Shown: positions 32,489 to 42,883, numbered from the stretch's first letter. The stretch: 64,000 bases of DNA from Alphaproteobacteria bacterium (GCA_965205265.1 CBDBGH010000003.1:4576001-4640000); one strand, 5' to 3'. The notes: generated by a model from the letters alone, not told the origin. A program made the numbers and translations.

Positions 32489-33733
32489 ATGGTCATTCGC
32501 TTTCTGGCCATCCTTGCCCTGGCGGCCTTCGCCGGCTCGGCTGCGGCCGCGGACGACGACAATTACGACCAGATCTCGCTGTTCGGGACCGTGCTGGAGC
32601 GCATCCGGGCGGACCATGTGGCGGAGCCCAAGGTCGAAGCGCTGATCGAGGCGGCCATAAGCGGCATGCTCTCCTCGCTGGACCCGCACTCGGCCTATCT
32701 GTCGCCGCGCAGCTTCAAGGAAATGCAGGTCCAGTCGAAAGGCGAATTCGGCGGGCTCGGGATCGAGGTCACGATGGAGAACGGCCTGATCAAGGTGGTG
32801 TCCCCCATCGACGACACGCCGGCCTTCCGCGCCGGCCTCAAGCCGGGAGACCTGATTACCCATATCGACGACGAGGTGGTGCTGGGCCTCAAGCTCGGCC
32901 AGGCGGTGGACAGGATGCGCGGGCCGGTCAACTCGCCGATTACCGTCACCGTCCGGCGCGCAGACGAGGCGCCCTTCGACGTCACCATCGTCCGGGCCGT
33001 CATCCGCATCCAATCGGTCCGCCGCCGGGCCGAAGGCGATGTCGGCTATATCCGCATCACCTCCTTCAACGGCAATACGCTGACCGGCCTGAAAGACGCC
33101 GTTTCGCGTCTGAAGGAGGAGATCGGCGACGGGCTGAAGGGCTATGTGCTCGACCTTCGCAACAATCCGGGCGGCCTGCTGGAGCAGGCGATTTCGGTTT
33201 CCGATGCGTTTCTCAAGCAGGGCGAGATCGTTTCCACGCGAGGTCGGGACGAGGAGGCCGCCCAGCGCTTCAATGCCAAACCCGGCGACATTACGGGCGG
33301 TCTGCCGCTGGTCGTGCTCATCAATGAGGGTTCGGCCTCGGCATCCGAGATCGTGGCCGGCGCGCTCCGGGACCACCGCCGCGCGATCGTCATGGGCACG
33401 GGCTCGTTCGGCAAGGGGTCGGTGCAGTCCATGATCCCGATTACCGGCCATGGCGCGCTGAAACTGACGACGGCGCGCTACTACACGCCGTCCGGGGCAT
33501 CGATACAGGGCAAGGGCATCGAGCCTGACATCAAGGTCGAGCAGGCGGTGCTGTCGCCGGTCGAGGGCAGGCGCCGGGTTCGCGAGGCGGATCTGCGCGG
33601 CGCCCTCGACAAGGTCGAGACGCCCGAGTCCGGGGACGAAGAGAAGCCGGCGGAGCGTTCCGACTACCAGTTGATGCGCGCGCTCGACCTTCTGCGGGCG
33701 CTGTCCTTCTACAGCAGCGCCGCCTCCCACTAG
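32489..33733 (+). CDS. ctpA: Carboxyl-terminal processing protease (S41)
   Basis: LDPHS, PDZ domain, DLRNNPGG, SASASEI, FGKGSVQ. Confidence 0.95.
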   Translation: MVIRFLAILALAAFAGSAAAADDDNYDQISLFGTVLERIRADHVAEPKVEALIEAAISGMLSSLDPHSAYLSPRSFKEMQVQSKGEFGGLGIEVTMENGLIKVVSPIDDTPAFRAGLKPGDLITHIDDEVVLGLKLGQAVDRMRGPVNSPITVTVRRADEAPFDVTIVRAVIRIQSVRRRAEGDVGYIRITSFNGNTLTGLKDAVSRLKEEIGDGLKGYVLDLRNNPGGLLEQAISVSDAFLKQGEIVSTRGRDEEAAQRFNAKPGDITGGLPLVVLINEGSASASEIVAGALRDHRRAIVMGTGSFGKGSVQSMIPITGHGALKLTTARYYTPSGASIQGKGIEPDIKVEQAVLSPVEGRRRVREADLRGALDKVETPESGDEEKPAERSDYQLMRALDLLRALSFYSSAASH

Positions 33734-33752
33734 GCGGGGACACGCGAAAGCG

Positions 33753-34250
33753 GTGAGCGTTCGTCCGCCTGCGGGCTACCGGGCCAATGTCGGGATCGTG
33801 CTGGTGAACCCCGCCGGCGAGGTATTTGTCGGCCGGCGCCGCGACACGCCGGACGCCTGGCAGATGCCCCAGGGGGGTATCGACAGGGGCGAGACGGTCC
33901 GCGCCGCGGCCGCGCGCGAACTCGCCGAGGAAGCGGGAACCGACAAGGCCGAGGCGGTCGCGGAAACGCCCGGCTGGCTCACCTACGAACTGCCGGGGAA
34001 CCTGGCCCGGCGCCTCTGGGGCGGCCGCTACAGGGGGCAGGCCCAGAAATGGGTGCTGATGCGCTTTACCGGAACCGACGCCGATATCGACCTCTTCCGG
34101 CACAAACCGCCGGAATTCGATGCCTGGCGGTGGGTGTCGCCCCCGGAGTTGCTGGCAAGCATCGTCGCCTTCAAGCGCCCCGTCTACGAGCAGGTGCTGT
34201 CCGTCTTCGCCGAAGACCTCGAACGCCTGCGGGAGCGGGACCCGGCATAG
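33753..34250 (+). CDS. rppH: RNA pyrophosphohydrolase
   Basis: YRANVG, WQMPQGG, Nudix box RELAEEAG, GQAQKW, FKRPVY. Confidence 0.93.
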   Translation: MSVRPPAGYRANVGIVLVNPAGEVFVGRRRDTPDAWQMPQGGIDRGETVRAAAARELAEEAGTDKAEAVAETPGWLTYELPGNLARRLWGGRYRGQAQKWVLMRFTGTDADIDLFRHKPPEFDAWRWVSPPELLASIVAFKRPVYEQVLSVFAEDLERLRERDPA

Positions 34251-34361
34251 GCCGGCAGCCGCCGTCCCGCGCCCGTATTGACCCGCCCGGACGGAGCGGG
34301 TTTGATCCTCGCGGTTTTTCCGGGGGTTGCGCGGCTGCGCCCGGGCAAGCGGAGGGCGGGC

Positions 34362-35153
34362 ATGAGCCGTCGCATCGTCGATATTTCCGTTGCGTTGAAG
34401 GCCGGCATCGCGAGCGACCCGCCGCATATGCTGCCGGAGATCGACTATCTGGACCACCACGACACCGCCCCCGCCATGGCCGAGTATTTCGGCGTCGGCG
34501 TGGACGCGCTGCCGGACGGCGAGTATGCCGCCGTCGAGAAGGTCCGCATCTCCACCCATAACGGCACGCATCTGGACGCGCCCTGGCACTTCTTCTCGAC
34601 CATGAACCACGCGCTGAAGGAAGGCGGCGAGCCCTCCTGGCGCATCGACGAAGTGCCGCTGGAATGGTGTTTCCAGCCGGGCGTCAAGCTGGATTTCCGC
34701 CATTTCGGGGACGGCTATGTGGTGCAGCCGGAAGATGTCGAAGCCGAGCTCGACCGCATCGGCCATGCGCTGGAGCCGCTGGAGATCGTGCTGGTGAACA
34801 CCCGTGCGGGCTCGCGCTACGGCGAGGAGGATTTCATCCATGCCGGCTGCGGCATGGGCAAGGCGGCGACGCTCTGGCTGCTGGAGCGGGGCGTGCGCGT
34901 GACCGGCACCGACGGCTGGAGCTGGGATGCGCCTTTCTCATGGACGAGGGAGCGGGTGCGCGAGACCGGCGATGCCGGCCTGATCTGGGAGGGCCACCGC
35001 GCCGGGCGCGAGATCGGCTATTGCCACCTGGAGAAGCTGAGCAATCTCGAAACCCTGCCGGCGGACGGCTTCCATGTCGCCTGCTTCCCGGTCAAGGTGC
35101 ATCGCGGCTCGGCCGGCTGGACGCGGGCCGTCGCGATAGTGGACGGAGAGTGA
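34362..35153 (+). CDS. Cyclase/kynurenine formamidase-family metal hydrolase
   Basis: THNGTHLDAPWH, GTDGWSWD, HLEKL. Confidence 0.88.
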   Translation: MSRRIVDISVALKAGIASDPPHMLPEIDYLDHHDTAPAMAEYFGVGVDALPDGEYAAVEKVRISTHNGTHLDAPWHFFSTMNHALKEGGEPSWRIDEVPLEWCFQPGVKLDFRHFGDGYVVQPEDVEAELDRIGHALEPLEIVLVNTRAGSRYGEEDFIHAGCGMGKAATLWLLERGVRVTGTDGWSWDAPFSWTRERVRETGDAGLIWEGHRAGREIGYCHLEKLSNLETLPADGFHVACFPVKVHRGSAGWTRAVAIVDGE

Positions 35154-35154
35154 C

Positions 35155-35913
35155 ATGGGCTTTGCGGACTCGCTGAGGCTCGACGGCAGGACCGCGGTCG
35201 TCACCGGCGCCGGACGCGGCCTCGGCCGGGGCTGCGCGCTGGCGCTGGCGGAGCTGGGCGCGCATGTGGTGGCGGCGGCGCGCTCGGGCGACGAGTTGGA
35301 AAGCCTCGCTGCGGAAATAAGGGCAGACGGCGGCAGCGCGGAAGCCGCCGTGCTGGACGTGACCGACAGCGATGCAGTCAGGAGTTTCTTCGCCGGCCTC
35401 GCGCGCGTCGATGTGCTCGTCAACAATGCCGGCTGGAACCGCCCGCAGCATTTCTTCGAGGTCGAGGAACCGGTGCTCGACGCCATGCTGGCGCTCAATG
35501 TCAAGGCGGCGTTCATCGTGGCGCAGGCGGCGGCGAAGCGCATGGCGGAGGCCGGCGGGGGCGGTTCCATCGTCAACATGTCCTCGCAGATGGGCCATGT
35601 CGGCGGGCCTGAGCGCACGGTCTATTGCGCCACCAAGCACGCGCTCGAAGGCATGACCAAGGCGATGGCCATCGAGCTTGCGCCCCACGGCATCCGGGCG
35701 AACACGGTCGGCCCCACCTTCGTCGAGACGCCGCTCGCCGGGCCGTTCCTGCAGAACAGGGAGTTCCGCGAATTCGTGCTGGACAGCATCCCGCTCGGGC
35801 GGCTCGGCGAAGTCGCGGAGGTGGCGGCGGCCGTGGCTTTCCTCGCCTCGCCGGCGTCCTCGTTGATTACCGGGACGAGCCTGCTGGTGGACGGGGGCTG
35901 GACGGCGAAGTGA
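35155..35913 (+). CDS. SDR-family oxidoreductase
   Basis: TGAGRGLG, NNAG, YCATK. Confidence 0.92.
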   Translation: MGFADSLRLDGRTAVVTGAGRGLGRGCALALAELGAHVVAAARSGDELESLAAEIRADGGSAEAAVLDVTDSDAVRSFFAGLARVDVLVNNAGWNRPQHFFEVEEPVLDAMLALNVKAAFIVAQAAAKRMAEAGGGGSIVNMSSQMGHVGGPERTVYCATKHALEGMTKAMAIELAPHGIRANTVGPTFVETPLAGPFLQNREFREFVLDSIPLGRLGEVAEVAAAVAFLASPASSLITGTSLLVDGGWTAK

Positions 35914-36490
35914 GCGCCCTCACGCGGGCCTGCAATTCGGGCACGACCTCCGCCTCGAACCAGGGGTTCAGCTTCAGCCAGTTGTTCACCCGCCAGCTTG
36001 GATGCGGCGTCGGCAGGAATTCGGGCAGGTAGCTCCGCCAGGCGGCCACCGTCTCGCCGAGCGTTCGCTTGCGCCGGTTCCCGAGATACCGGGCCTGGGC
36101 GTAGGCGCCGGCCAGCACGGTGAGTTCCACGGCCGGCAGTTCGGCGCAGAGGCGCGGATGCCAGAGCGGCGCGCATTCCGGGCGGGGCGGGGCGTCGCCG
36201 CCGCGCGGCAGCCGGCCCGGATAGCAGAAGCCCATCGGCAGGATGGCCACCCGGCTCGCATCGTAGAAGTCCTCGGGCGCGAGGCCGAGCCAGGTGCGCA
36301 GCCGCCTGCCGCTGGGATCGTCCCAGGGCACGCCGCTGGCATGAACCTTCGTGCCGGGCGCCTGGCCGACGATCATCAACCGCGCCGTCGCTTCGGCCCG
36401 CAGCACCGGCCGGGGGCCGAGCGGCAGGTGTTCGGCGCAATGCGTGCAGGCGCGCACCTCCGCCAGCAGCGCCGCAAGGCGCGCGCTCAC
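35867..36490 (-). CDS. Uracil-DNA glycosylase-family protein
   Basis: GQAPG, WDDPSG, MGFCYPG, PPRPEC, PHPSWR. Confidence 0.88.
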   Translation of the reverse strand: MSARLAALLAEVRACTHCAEHLPLGPRPVLRAEATARLMIVGQAPGTKVHASGVPWDDPSGRRLRTWLGLAPEDFYDASRVAILPMGFCYPGRLPRGGDAPPRPECAPLWHPRLCAELPAVELTVLAGAYAQARYLGNRRKRTLGETVAAWRSYLPEFLPTPHPSWRVNNWLKLNPWFEAEVVPELQARVRALTSPSSPRPPAGSSR

Positions 36491-37035
36491 GGCGCGAAAG
36501 CCTCGCCGCCGAAGGGATAGCGGACTTCCTCGCGATAGACGGGCGCTTCGCCGCCGAGCCGGCTCGACATGAGCGAGAAGCCCCCGACGGCGAAAGCCGG
36601 CAAGCGGAAGGCGCCCCGGTCCTCGAGCCAGGCGGCGACAGCGGCGGGGCGTGCGCCGGCCGTGCGGCCGAGCGTGATGTGCGGGGTGAATTTGCGCTCC
36701 TCCGGGGGCAGGCCCGCGCGCACCAGCGCCGACTCGACCCGCCGCCTGAGCGCCGCCAGCGCCTTCGAGGGAGCGATACCCGCCCAGACCGCCCGCGGCC
36801 GCGCGCCGCCGAAGCTGCCGAGCGACTCGATCGCGAGCTCGAAATCCTCGCTGCCGACATGGCTGAGCGCGTCCGCCAGTTCCTCGGCGAAGCCGTTATC
36901 CACCTCGCCGATGAAGCGCAAGGTCAGATGGTAGTTCTCCTCCGGCGACCAGCGCGCGCCCGGCAGGCCGCCGGCGAGCCCGGCAAGCGCAGTCCGGACA
37001 TCCTCCGGCAGGAGTATCGCAGCGAAGAGGCGCAA
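36487..37035 (-). CDS. thpR: RNA 2',3'-cyclic phosphodiesterase
   Basis: TTG start LRLFAAI; two HxT motifs (HLTLRF, PHITL). Confidence 0.88.
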   Translation of the reverse strand: MRLFAAILLPEDVRTALAGLAGGLPGARWSPEENYHLTLRFIGEVDNGFAEELADALSHVGSEDFELAIESLGSFGGARPRAVWAGIAPSKALAALRRRVESALVRAGLPPEERKFTPHITLGRTAGARPAAVAAWLEDRGAFRLPAFAVGGFSLMSSRLGGEAPVYREEVRYPFGGEAFAP

Positions 37036-37046
37036 ATCCGGCCCGG

Positions 37047-38186
37047 CTACTCGAACAGCGTGAGGACGCCCGTATAGCCGTAGATTCGCCCGCCCGAAAA
37101 CTCGCCATTGGCGAAGAAGCCGGCGAGCGGCAGGTCGCCGATCTCTTCCCGAACGATTTCCATCTCGCCGTCCTCGGTGCCGAACATGTGCGGGCCGCGG
37201 GCGAGGCAGGAGACATAGACGCCGCCCTGGGCCGGCCGCGATAGGCGGTCCTTCACGCTCCGCAGCATGCGGCGCAGGTCCGCTTCCGCCGCCGCCGGGT
37301 CGCGCCGCACGAAGAACAGGCGTTCGCCCGGGTCGATCAGCGCGCCGAGCGCAACGATGCCGTCCTGCGCGTCGAGGCCGATGATGTTGCGGACGAGATA
37401 GTCGGCCTCCGAAGACCCCGGCACCGGCCGGGCGGCGTGGAGCCAGTGCGCCACCTCGCGGATGCGGGCGACGGAATCGAGGCCGAGATCGCCGCAAAGC
37501 ACATCGAAGGCGGGCTCGCCGTCGATCTCCAGCACGAGGTTGTTGTGGGAGCGCGTGACCGTGCGCGCCGGGCCGATAGGCGCGCAGCCCTGGCTGAGCC
37601 CCGAGACGACGCCGACCGCCTCGCCGAACACCAGGCCCGAAACCACCCCCTCCTCGACGGAGCCGGCAAGCTGGGCGGTCGGGCCTTCGGCGGACGCGAT
37701 GCCGCCGACGGTGAACGCGCCGAGCGTCTCGGCAAGCTCCGCCACGATTTCCCCCATGTTCGTGTTGCGCGGGTCGGCATGGAGCAGCGCCGTTGCGCGC
37801 GCCTGTCCCTCAGCCCATCCGGCGAGGCCCGCGCCCGCTTCGGCCGTGTCCTCCCTGATGCCGGGCACGAGGCGCACGGCGTCGTCCGGGAAGCGCAAGG
37901 CGGCCGCGGCAATTGCGGGCCGGCCGAATGCGGCGCGCCCGGTGCCGCAAACGCCCATGCCGACCGTGCCCGCCCAATCGACGATCCCGGTGTCTTCCCT
38001 GAGCGCCTCGACGACCTCGGGCAGCCGGTCGGCGATGCTGTCGCTTACATAGACGATGCCGGTATTCGCCCCGGCGGCGCCTTCCGCCAGCGCCGCCCGG
38101 ACGGGGCCGAATGCCGCTTGCCAGTCGCCGCCCTCGCCGAACCCCGCCGCTATGGCCGCCGGCCTCTCTTCTCCCGCGCCGCTCAT
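37047..38186 (-). CDS. FIST-domain protein
   Basis: SQGCAPIG, DYLVRNIIG, SCLARG, LAGFFANGE. Confidence 0.88.
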   Translation of the reverse strand: MSGAGEERPAAIAAGFGEGGDWQAAFGPVRAALAEGAAGANTGIVYVSDSIADRLPEVVEALREDTGIVDWAGTVGMGVCGTGRAAFGRPAIAAAALRFPDDAVRLVPGIREDTAEAGAGLAGWAEGQARATALLHADPRNTNMGEIVAELAETLGAFTVGGIASAEGPTAQLAGSVEEGVVSGLVFGEAVGVVSGLSQGCAPIGPARTVTRSHNNLVLEIDGEPAFDVLCGDLGLDSVARIREVAHWLHAARPVPGSSEADYLVRNIIGLDAQDGIVALGALIDPGERLFFVRRDPAAAEADLRRMLRSVKDRLSRPAQGGVYVSCLARGPHMFGTEDGEMEIVREEIGDLPLAGFFANGEFSGGRIYGYTGVLTLFE

Positions 38187-38196
38187 GCTGTCCGCC

Positions 38197-38901
38197 TTAC
38201 TCCCGGCCGCTGGCGCCGGGCCGTCCGGAGGATAGCGCCAGAAGGCGTGCGACGTAAGGCTTGAGGCGGGCTGCGACCGCAGCGGCGCCTTCGGCGTTGG
38301 GATGGATTCCGTCCGGCTGGTTGAGCGCCGGGTCAGCCGCCACGCCCTCCAGGAGGAAAGGATAGAAGACCACCTCGTAGCGCGCGGCGAGCCGGGGATA
38401 GAGGCCGTCAAAGGCTTCCACATAGGCGCGGCCCAGATTGCGCGGCGCCTTCATGCCGGCGAGCAGCACCGGAATGCCCTCCCCCGCCAGCCGGTCGAGA
38501 ATGGCAGCGAGCGCGGCTTCGGTCTCCGCCGGGTCGAGCCCGCGCAGCGCATCGTTGCCGCCGAGCGCCACCACCGCATGGCTCGGCCGGTCGCCCAGCA
38601 TCCAGTCGAGGCGCGCAAGCCCGCCCGCCGCCGTGTCGCCGGAGACGCCGCCGTCCAGCACCGCCGCGTCGACGCCGTCCGCCCTGAGCCGCCTGCGCAG
38701 TTGCGCCACCAGCCCGTCTTCGGGCGCCAGTCCGAAGCCGGCGGTGACCGAATCGCCCAGCATCAGCAGCCGCGCTTCGGCCGCCGCGGCGTCCGGCAGA
38801 TTGAGGAACACCGCCGCAAGGACGCAGGCGAGCGCGAAAGCCCCTTTCCATCGACGCCGCACGGCTTGCCGGATGAGCGGTTCCGGTCGATATGCTTCCA
38901 T
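38197..38901 (-). CDS. tesA: SGNH arylesterase/acyl-CoA thioesterase
   Basis: GDSVTAG, GVSGDT, LGGNDAL, DGIHPN; start uncertain. Confidence 0.88.
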   Translation of the reverse strand: MEAYRPEPLIRQAVRRRWKGAFALACVLAAVFLNLPDAAAAEARLLMLGDSVTAGFGLAPEDGLVAQLRRRLRADGVDAAVLDGGVSGDTAAGGLARLDWMLGDRPSHAVVALGGNDALRGLDPAETEAALAAILDRLAGEGIPVLLAGMKAPRNLGRAYVEAFDGLYPRLAARYEVVFYPFLLEGVAADPALNQPDGIHPNAEGAAAVAARLKPYVARLLALSSGRPGASGRE

Positions 38902-38930
38902 CGGAACTCCGAACGGCGCAAGGGACGGCA

Positions 38931-39551
38931 ATGGCTCCGCAACTCGTCTTTTACACCAATCCGATGTCCCGCGGACGGATCGTGCGCTGGATGCTGGAGG
39001 AACTGCAGGTCGGGTATCGTACTGAACTGCTCGACTACGGGCCGGCGATGAAGTCTCAGGATTATCTCGCGGTTAATCCGATGGGAAAGGTACCGGCGAT
39101 CCGCCACGGCGACACCGTCGTCACCGAAAGCCCTGCGATCTGCGCCTACCTCGCCGACGTCTTTCCAGACGCCGGGCTGGCGCCACCTCCGGGCCGGCGC
39201 GGCCCCTACTACCGCTGGCTGTTCTTCGCCGCGGGTCCGCTTGAGGCGGCCGTCGCCAACCGCGCCTTCGGGTTCGAGCTTCCGGCCGACAAGGAGGCAA
39301 TGGCGGGATACGGTAATTTCCAACTGGTGATGGACACGCTTGAGACGGCTGTCAGCGGCGATGGCTATGTCGCCGGCGAGGCCTTCTCGGCGGCGGATGT
39401 CTATGTTGGCTCGCATGTCGGCTGGGGCCTGCAATTCGAGCTGATCGAAACCCGGCCTGCCTTCGAGGCCTATTGGGCGCGGCTTAGCGCCCGCGAGGCC
39501 TACAAGCGCGCCACCGCCCTCGACGACGAAGCGGCCGCCGCAGCCGGCTGA
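38931..39551 (+). CDS. Glutathione S-transferase
   Basis: YTNPMSRGRIVRWMLEE, NPMGKVP, ESPAIC, FSAADV. Confidence 0.92.
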   Translation: MAPQLVFYTNPMSRGRIVRWMLEELQVGYRTELLDYGPAMKSQDYLAVNPMGKVPAIRHGDTVVTESPAICAYLADVFPDAGLAPPPGRRGPYYRWLFFAAGPLEAAVANRAFGFELPADKEAMAGYGNFQLVMDTLETAVSGDGYVAGEAFSAADVYVGSHVGWGLQFELIETRPAFEAYWARLSAREAYKRATALDDEAAAAAG

Positions 39552-39649
39552 CCCGGCCCGGGCCCGCTGCGGCATCCGGCGCGTTGAACGGGGCGGGTGG
39601 CGGGCCATATGCGCCGGGGAGGACCGGTCGGAAAAGGGAACGCACGCTC

Positions 39650-40327
39650 ATGGCAGGCTCGGACTGGGCGGTGGAGCTGGAGGATGTCCACCTCACTCTG
39701 GTGAGCGCCGCCGGGCCGGTCAATGTGCTCCGCGGCATCGACCTCGCGGTGGCGCCGGGCGAGTCGGTGGCCGTGGTGGGCTCCTCCGGGTCCGGCAAGA
39801 CCTCCACCCTGCTGGTGGCTGCCGGGCTGGAGCGGGCGACCGCGGGCCGTGTCTCGGTCGCCGGCCGCGACCTCGGCGCCATGACCGAGGACGAGCTCGC
39901 CAGGCTGCGGCGCGAGAAGGTCGGCATCGTCTTCCAGTCCTTCCACCTGATGGCGACCATGACGGCGCTGGAGAATGTCGCCGTGCCGCTAGAGCTTGCC
40001 GGGCGGCGCGATGCACTTGAGCGGGCGCGCGCCTGCCTGGAGGCGGTCGGCCTCGGCGCCCGCACCGGCCATTATCCGGGCGAGCTTTCAGGCGGCGAGC
40101 AGCAGCGGGTCGCGATTGCGCGCGCCTTCGGGCCGGCCCCGGCTGCGATCTTCGCCGACGAGCCGACCGGCAATCTCGACGGCGAGACGGGCCGCCGCGC
40201 ACTCGACGCGCTGTTCGGCCTCGCCGCGGACGGCGGCGCGACCATGATCCTCGTCACCCACGACCCGGCCCTGGCGGCGCGCTGCGGACGCCGGGTGCGG
40301 ATCGAGGACGGGCGCATTGCGGGCTGA
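39650..40327 (+). CDS. ABC ATP-binding protein (YbbA-like)
   Basis: GSSGSGKT, LSGGEQQRVAIAR, ADEPTGNLD. Confidence 0.92.
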   Translation: MAGSDWAVELEDVHLTLVSAAGPVNVLRGIDLAVAPGESVAVVGSSGSGKTSTLLVAAGLERATAGRVSVAGRDLGAMTEDELARLRREKVGIVFQSFHLMATMTALENVAVPLELAGRRDALERARACLEAVGLGARTGHYPGELSGGEQQRVAIARAFGPAPAAIFADEPTGNLDGETGRRALDALFGLAADGGATMILVTHDPALAARCGRRVRIEDGRIAG

Positions 40328-42824
40328 TCCCGCGCTCGCCTGGCGGCTGGCGCGGCGCGAAATGCGCGGCGGCTTCGCCGGCTTCCGCATCTTCCTCCTC
40401 TGCATCGCCATCGGCGTCGCGGCGATTGCGGCGGTCCATTCCATCTCCATGGCGGTGCAGACCGGCATTGCCCGCGATGCCCGCGCGCTGCATGGCGGCG
40501 ACCTCGCCGTGCGCACCACCTACGTGCCGGCGGACGCCGCCGCGCGGGCCGATTTCGCGTCCCTCGGGCGCGTTTCGGAAGTGGTCGAGATGCGGGCCAT
40601 GGCGCGCGCCGGCGGCGGCGCGGCGCTGGTCGAACTCAAGGCGGTGGACGGCGCCTATCCGCTCGCGGGCGCCCTCCGCCTTTCCGGCGGCATGGCGCTG
40701 GCGGACGCGCTGGCGGACGGCGGCGCCGTCGTCGAGGCGACCCTGCTGGAGCGGCTGGGCCTCGCCGTCGGCGACCGGATCGAGGTGGGCGACGGGTCCT
40801 TCGCCATCCGCGCCACGCTGGAACGCGAGCCGGACCGCGCCGTCGGCCTCTTCTCCTTCGGGCCGCGCTTCATGCTCGACGGGGAGGGGCTCCGGCGGAC
40901 CGGCCTCGTGCAGCCCGGAAGCCTGATCCGCTACAAATACCGCATCGCGCTGGACGAGCCGGGCCGCACGATTGCGGAACACCGCCGCCTCGCGGGCGAA
41001 TACGCCGACCGGGGCTGGCGGGTGACCGGCATCGGCTCGGCCGCCCCGGGCCTCCGGCAGACGATCCGGCGCCTTACGCTCTTCATGACGCTGGTCGGGC
41101 TGGCCGCGTCGATCATCGGCGGCATCGGCGTCGCCAATGCGGTGCGCGCGCATCTGGCCTCCCGGCGGCCTGCCATAGCGACGCTCGGCTGCCTCGGCGC
41201 AACGCCCCGGCTGATCGGCCTCGCATTCGGCCTCCAGATCGCGGCGATGACGGTGCTGGCGATCCTGGTCGGACTCGCTGTCGGGGCCGTCGCGCCCTTC
41301 CTCTTCGTCGGGCTGCTGGAAACCTATCTGCCCGTCGATCTTGCGCTCGGCGTCTATCCGGGACCGCTTCTATTGGCGGCGGCGTTCGGGGCGCTCACCG
41401 CCGCCGTCTTCTCCCTGCCGCCGCTCGCCGCCGCCGCGCGGCGCCCGCCGGTCGCGCTCTTCCGGGATGTCGAAGCGGCGGGCGGCGAACGGGCGGGCCT
41501 TGCCGCCGTCCTCGCGTCCGCAACGCTGGCGGCGCTCCTCGCCGCGCTTGCGGTCGCGACGGCGCCGGACCGGGTGCTGGCGCTCTGGTTCGTGGCCGGC
41601 ACGCTCGCGGCTTATGGCATCTTCTTCGCGGCCGCCACGGGCACCGTGCGCCTGGCGCGCCGCCTGAAGAGCGCCGGTCCGGGGGCGCTCCGCCGGGCGC
41701 TGGCGGCGCTCGCGCGGCCGGGCGGCGAGACCGGCGGCCTCCTCCTGTCGCTCGGCTTCGGCGTCACTGTGCTGGTCGCCGTCGCCTCGGTGGAGGAGGG
41801 GCTGTCCCGCCAGTTGAGCGAAGAGATCCCAGCCGATGCGCCGACCCATTTCTTCATCGACATCCAGCCGGACCAGGCGGCGCGGTTCGACGCCGTCATC
41901 GCCGGGACGCCGGGCGCGGTGCTGGACCGGCGCACGCCGCATCTGCGCGCCCGCATCGCCGCAATCGACGGCGTGCCGGCGGCCGAGGCGCAGGTGCCCG
42001 AGGACGCGCGCTGGGCGATCCGCGGCGAGCGCGGCCTCACCTGGGCCGCAGAACCGCCGGAGGGCACGGAGATCGTGGCCGGAAGCTGGTGGCCGGCGAA
42101 CTATCGGGGGCCGCCGCTCGTCTCCTTCGACGCCAATCTCGCCCACGCCTTCGGCCTCCGGCCAGGCGACCGCATCGCCTTCAACATACTGGGCCGCACC
42201 ATCGAGGCGGAGGTCGCCAATCTGCGCCGCATCGCCTGGCGGACGCTCAGGATGCAGTTCACCACAATCTTCGCGCCGGGGGCGTTGGAGCGCGCGCCGC
42301 AGACCTATATCGCCACCGTCCGCACGCCGCCCGAGGCCGAGGCGGGCCTGACCGCCGCCATGGCCGCGGCACTGCCCAATGTCTCGGCGATCCGGGTGAA
42401 GGACGCGCTCGCGCTGGTGACGGAGCTGGTGGCGCAAATGGGCATCGCGATCCGCCTCGTCGCCGCGGTCGGGCTGGCGGCCGGCCTCGCCGTGCTGGCG
42501 GGCGCCATTGCCGCCGGCCGGCGCCGCCGCCAGCGCGACGCGGTGGTCTTCAAGGTGCTGGGCGCGACCCGGGCCGACCTCGTGCGCAGCTACATGCTGG
42601 AATTCGCCATGCTCGGCGGCGTGGCGGCGCTGCTCGGCTCGCTGCTCGGCCTCGCCGCCGGCTATGTGCTGCTGGAGAGGGTCATGGACATCGCCTGGAC
42701 CGCGCCCGTCGCAACGGCGGCGGGCACGGCGCTGGCCGCCATCGCGGTAACGGCGCTGTTCGGCTTCCTCGGCACATGGCGCCTGCTCGGCCAGCCTGCC
42801 GCCCCGGCCCTCAGGGAGCCGTGA
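40317..42824 (+). CDS. ABC permease (YbbP/FtsX-like)
   Basis: LARREMRGG, GGDL, VELKAVDGAYP, FFIDIQPDQ, KVLGA. Confidence 0.9.
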   Translation: MRADPALAWRLARREMRGGFAGFRIFLLCIAIGVAAIAAVHSISMAVQTGIARDARALHGGDLAVRTTYVPADAAARADFASLGRVSEVVEMRAMARAGGGAALVELKAVDGAYPLAGALRLSGGMALADALADGGAVVEATLLERLGLAVGDRIEVGDGSFAIRATLEREPDRAVGLFSFGPRFMLDGEGLRRTGLVQPGSLIRYKYRIALDEPGRTIAEHRRLAGEYADRGWRVTGIGSAAPGLRQTIRRLTLFMTLVGLAASIIGGIGVANAVRAHLASRRPAIATLGCLGATPRLIGLAFGLQIAAMTVLAILVGLAVGAVAPFLFVGLLETYLPVDLALGVYPGPLLLAAAFGALTAAVFSLPPLAAAARRPPVALFRDVEAAGGERAGLAAVLASATLAALLAALAVATAPDRVLALWFVAGTLAAYGIFFAAATGTVRLARRLKSAGPGALRRALAALARPGGETGGLLLSLGFGVTVLVAVASVEEGLSRQLSEEIPADAPTHFFIDIQPDQAARFDAVIAGTPGAVLDRRTPHLRARIAAIDGVPAAEAQVPEDARWAIRGERGLTWAAEPPEGTEIVAGSWWPANYRGPPLVSFDANLAHAFGLRPGDRIAFNILGRTIEAEVANLRRIAWRTLRMQFTTIFAPGALERAPQTYIATVRTPPEAEAGLTAAMAAALPNVSAIRVKDALALVTELVAQMGIAIRLVAAVGLAAGLAVLAGAIAAGRRRRQRDAVVFKVLGATRADLVRSYMLEFAMLGGVAALLGSLLGLAAGYVLLERVMDIAWTAPVATAAGTALAAIAVTALFGFLGTWRLLGQPAAPALREP

Positions 42825-42860
42825 GAGGCTGGCTCCGCTCTTCGGCCAATGACGCACCGT

Positions 42861-42883
42861 TTGTCAATACGCTGTATTGACAA
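42861..42883. promoter_or_regulatory. Perfect inverted repeat overlapping TTGACA; putative autoregulatory operator
   Basis: TTGTCAATAC-GCT-GTATTGACAA, 30 bp upstream of an RHH gene. Confidence 0.65.
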
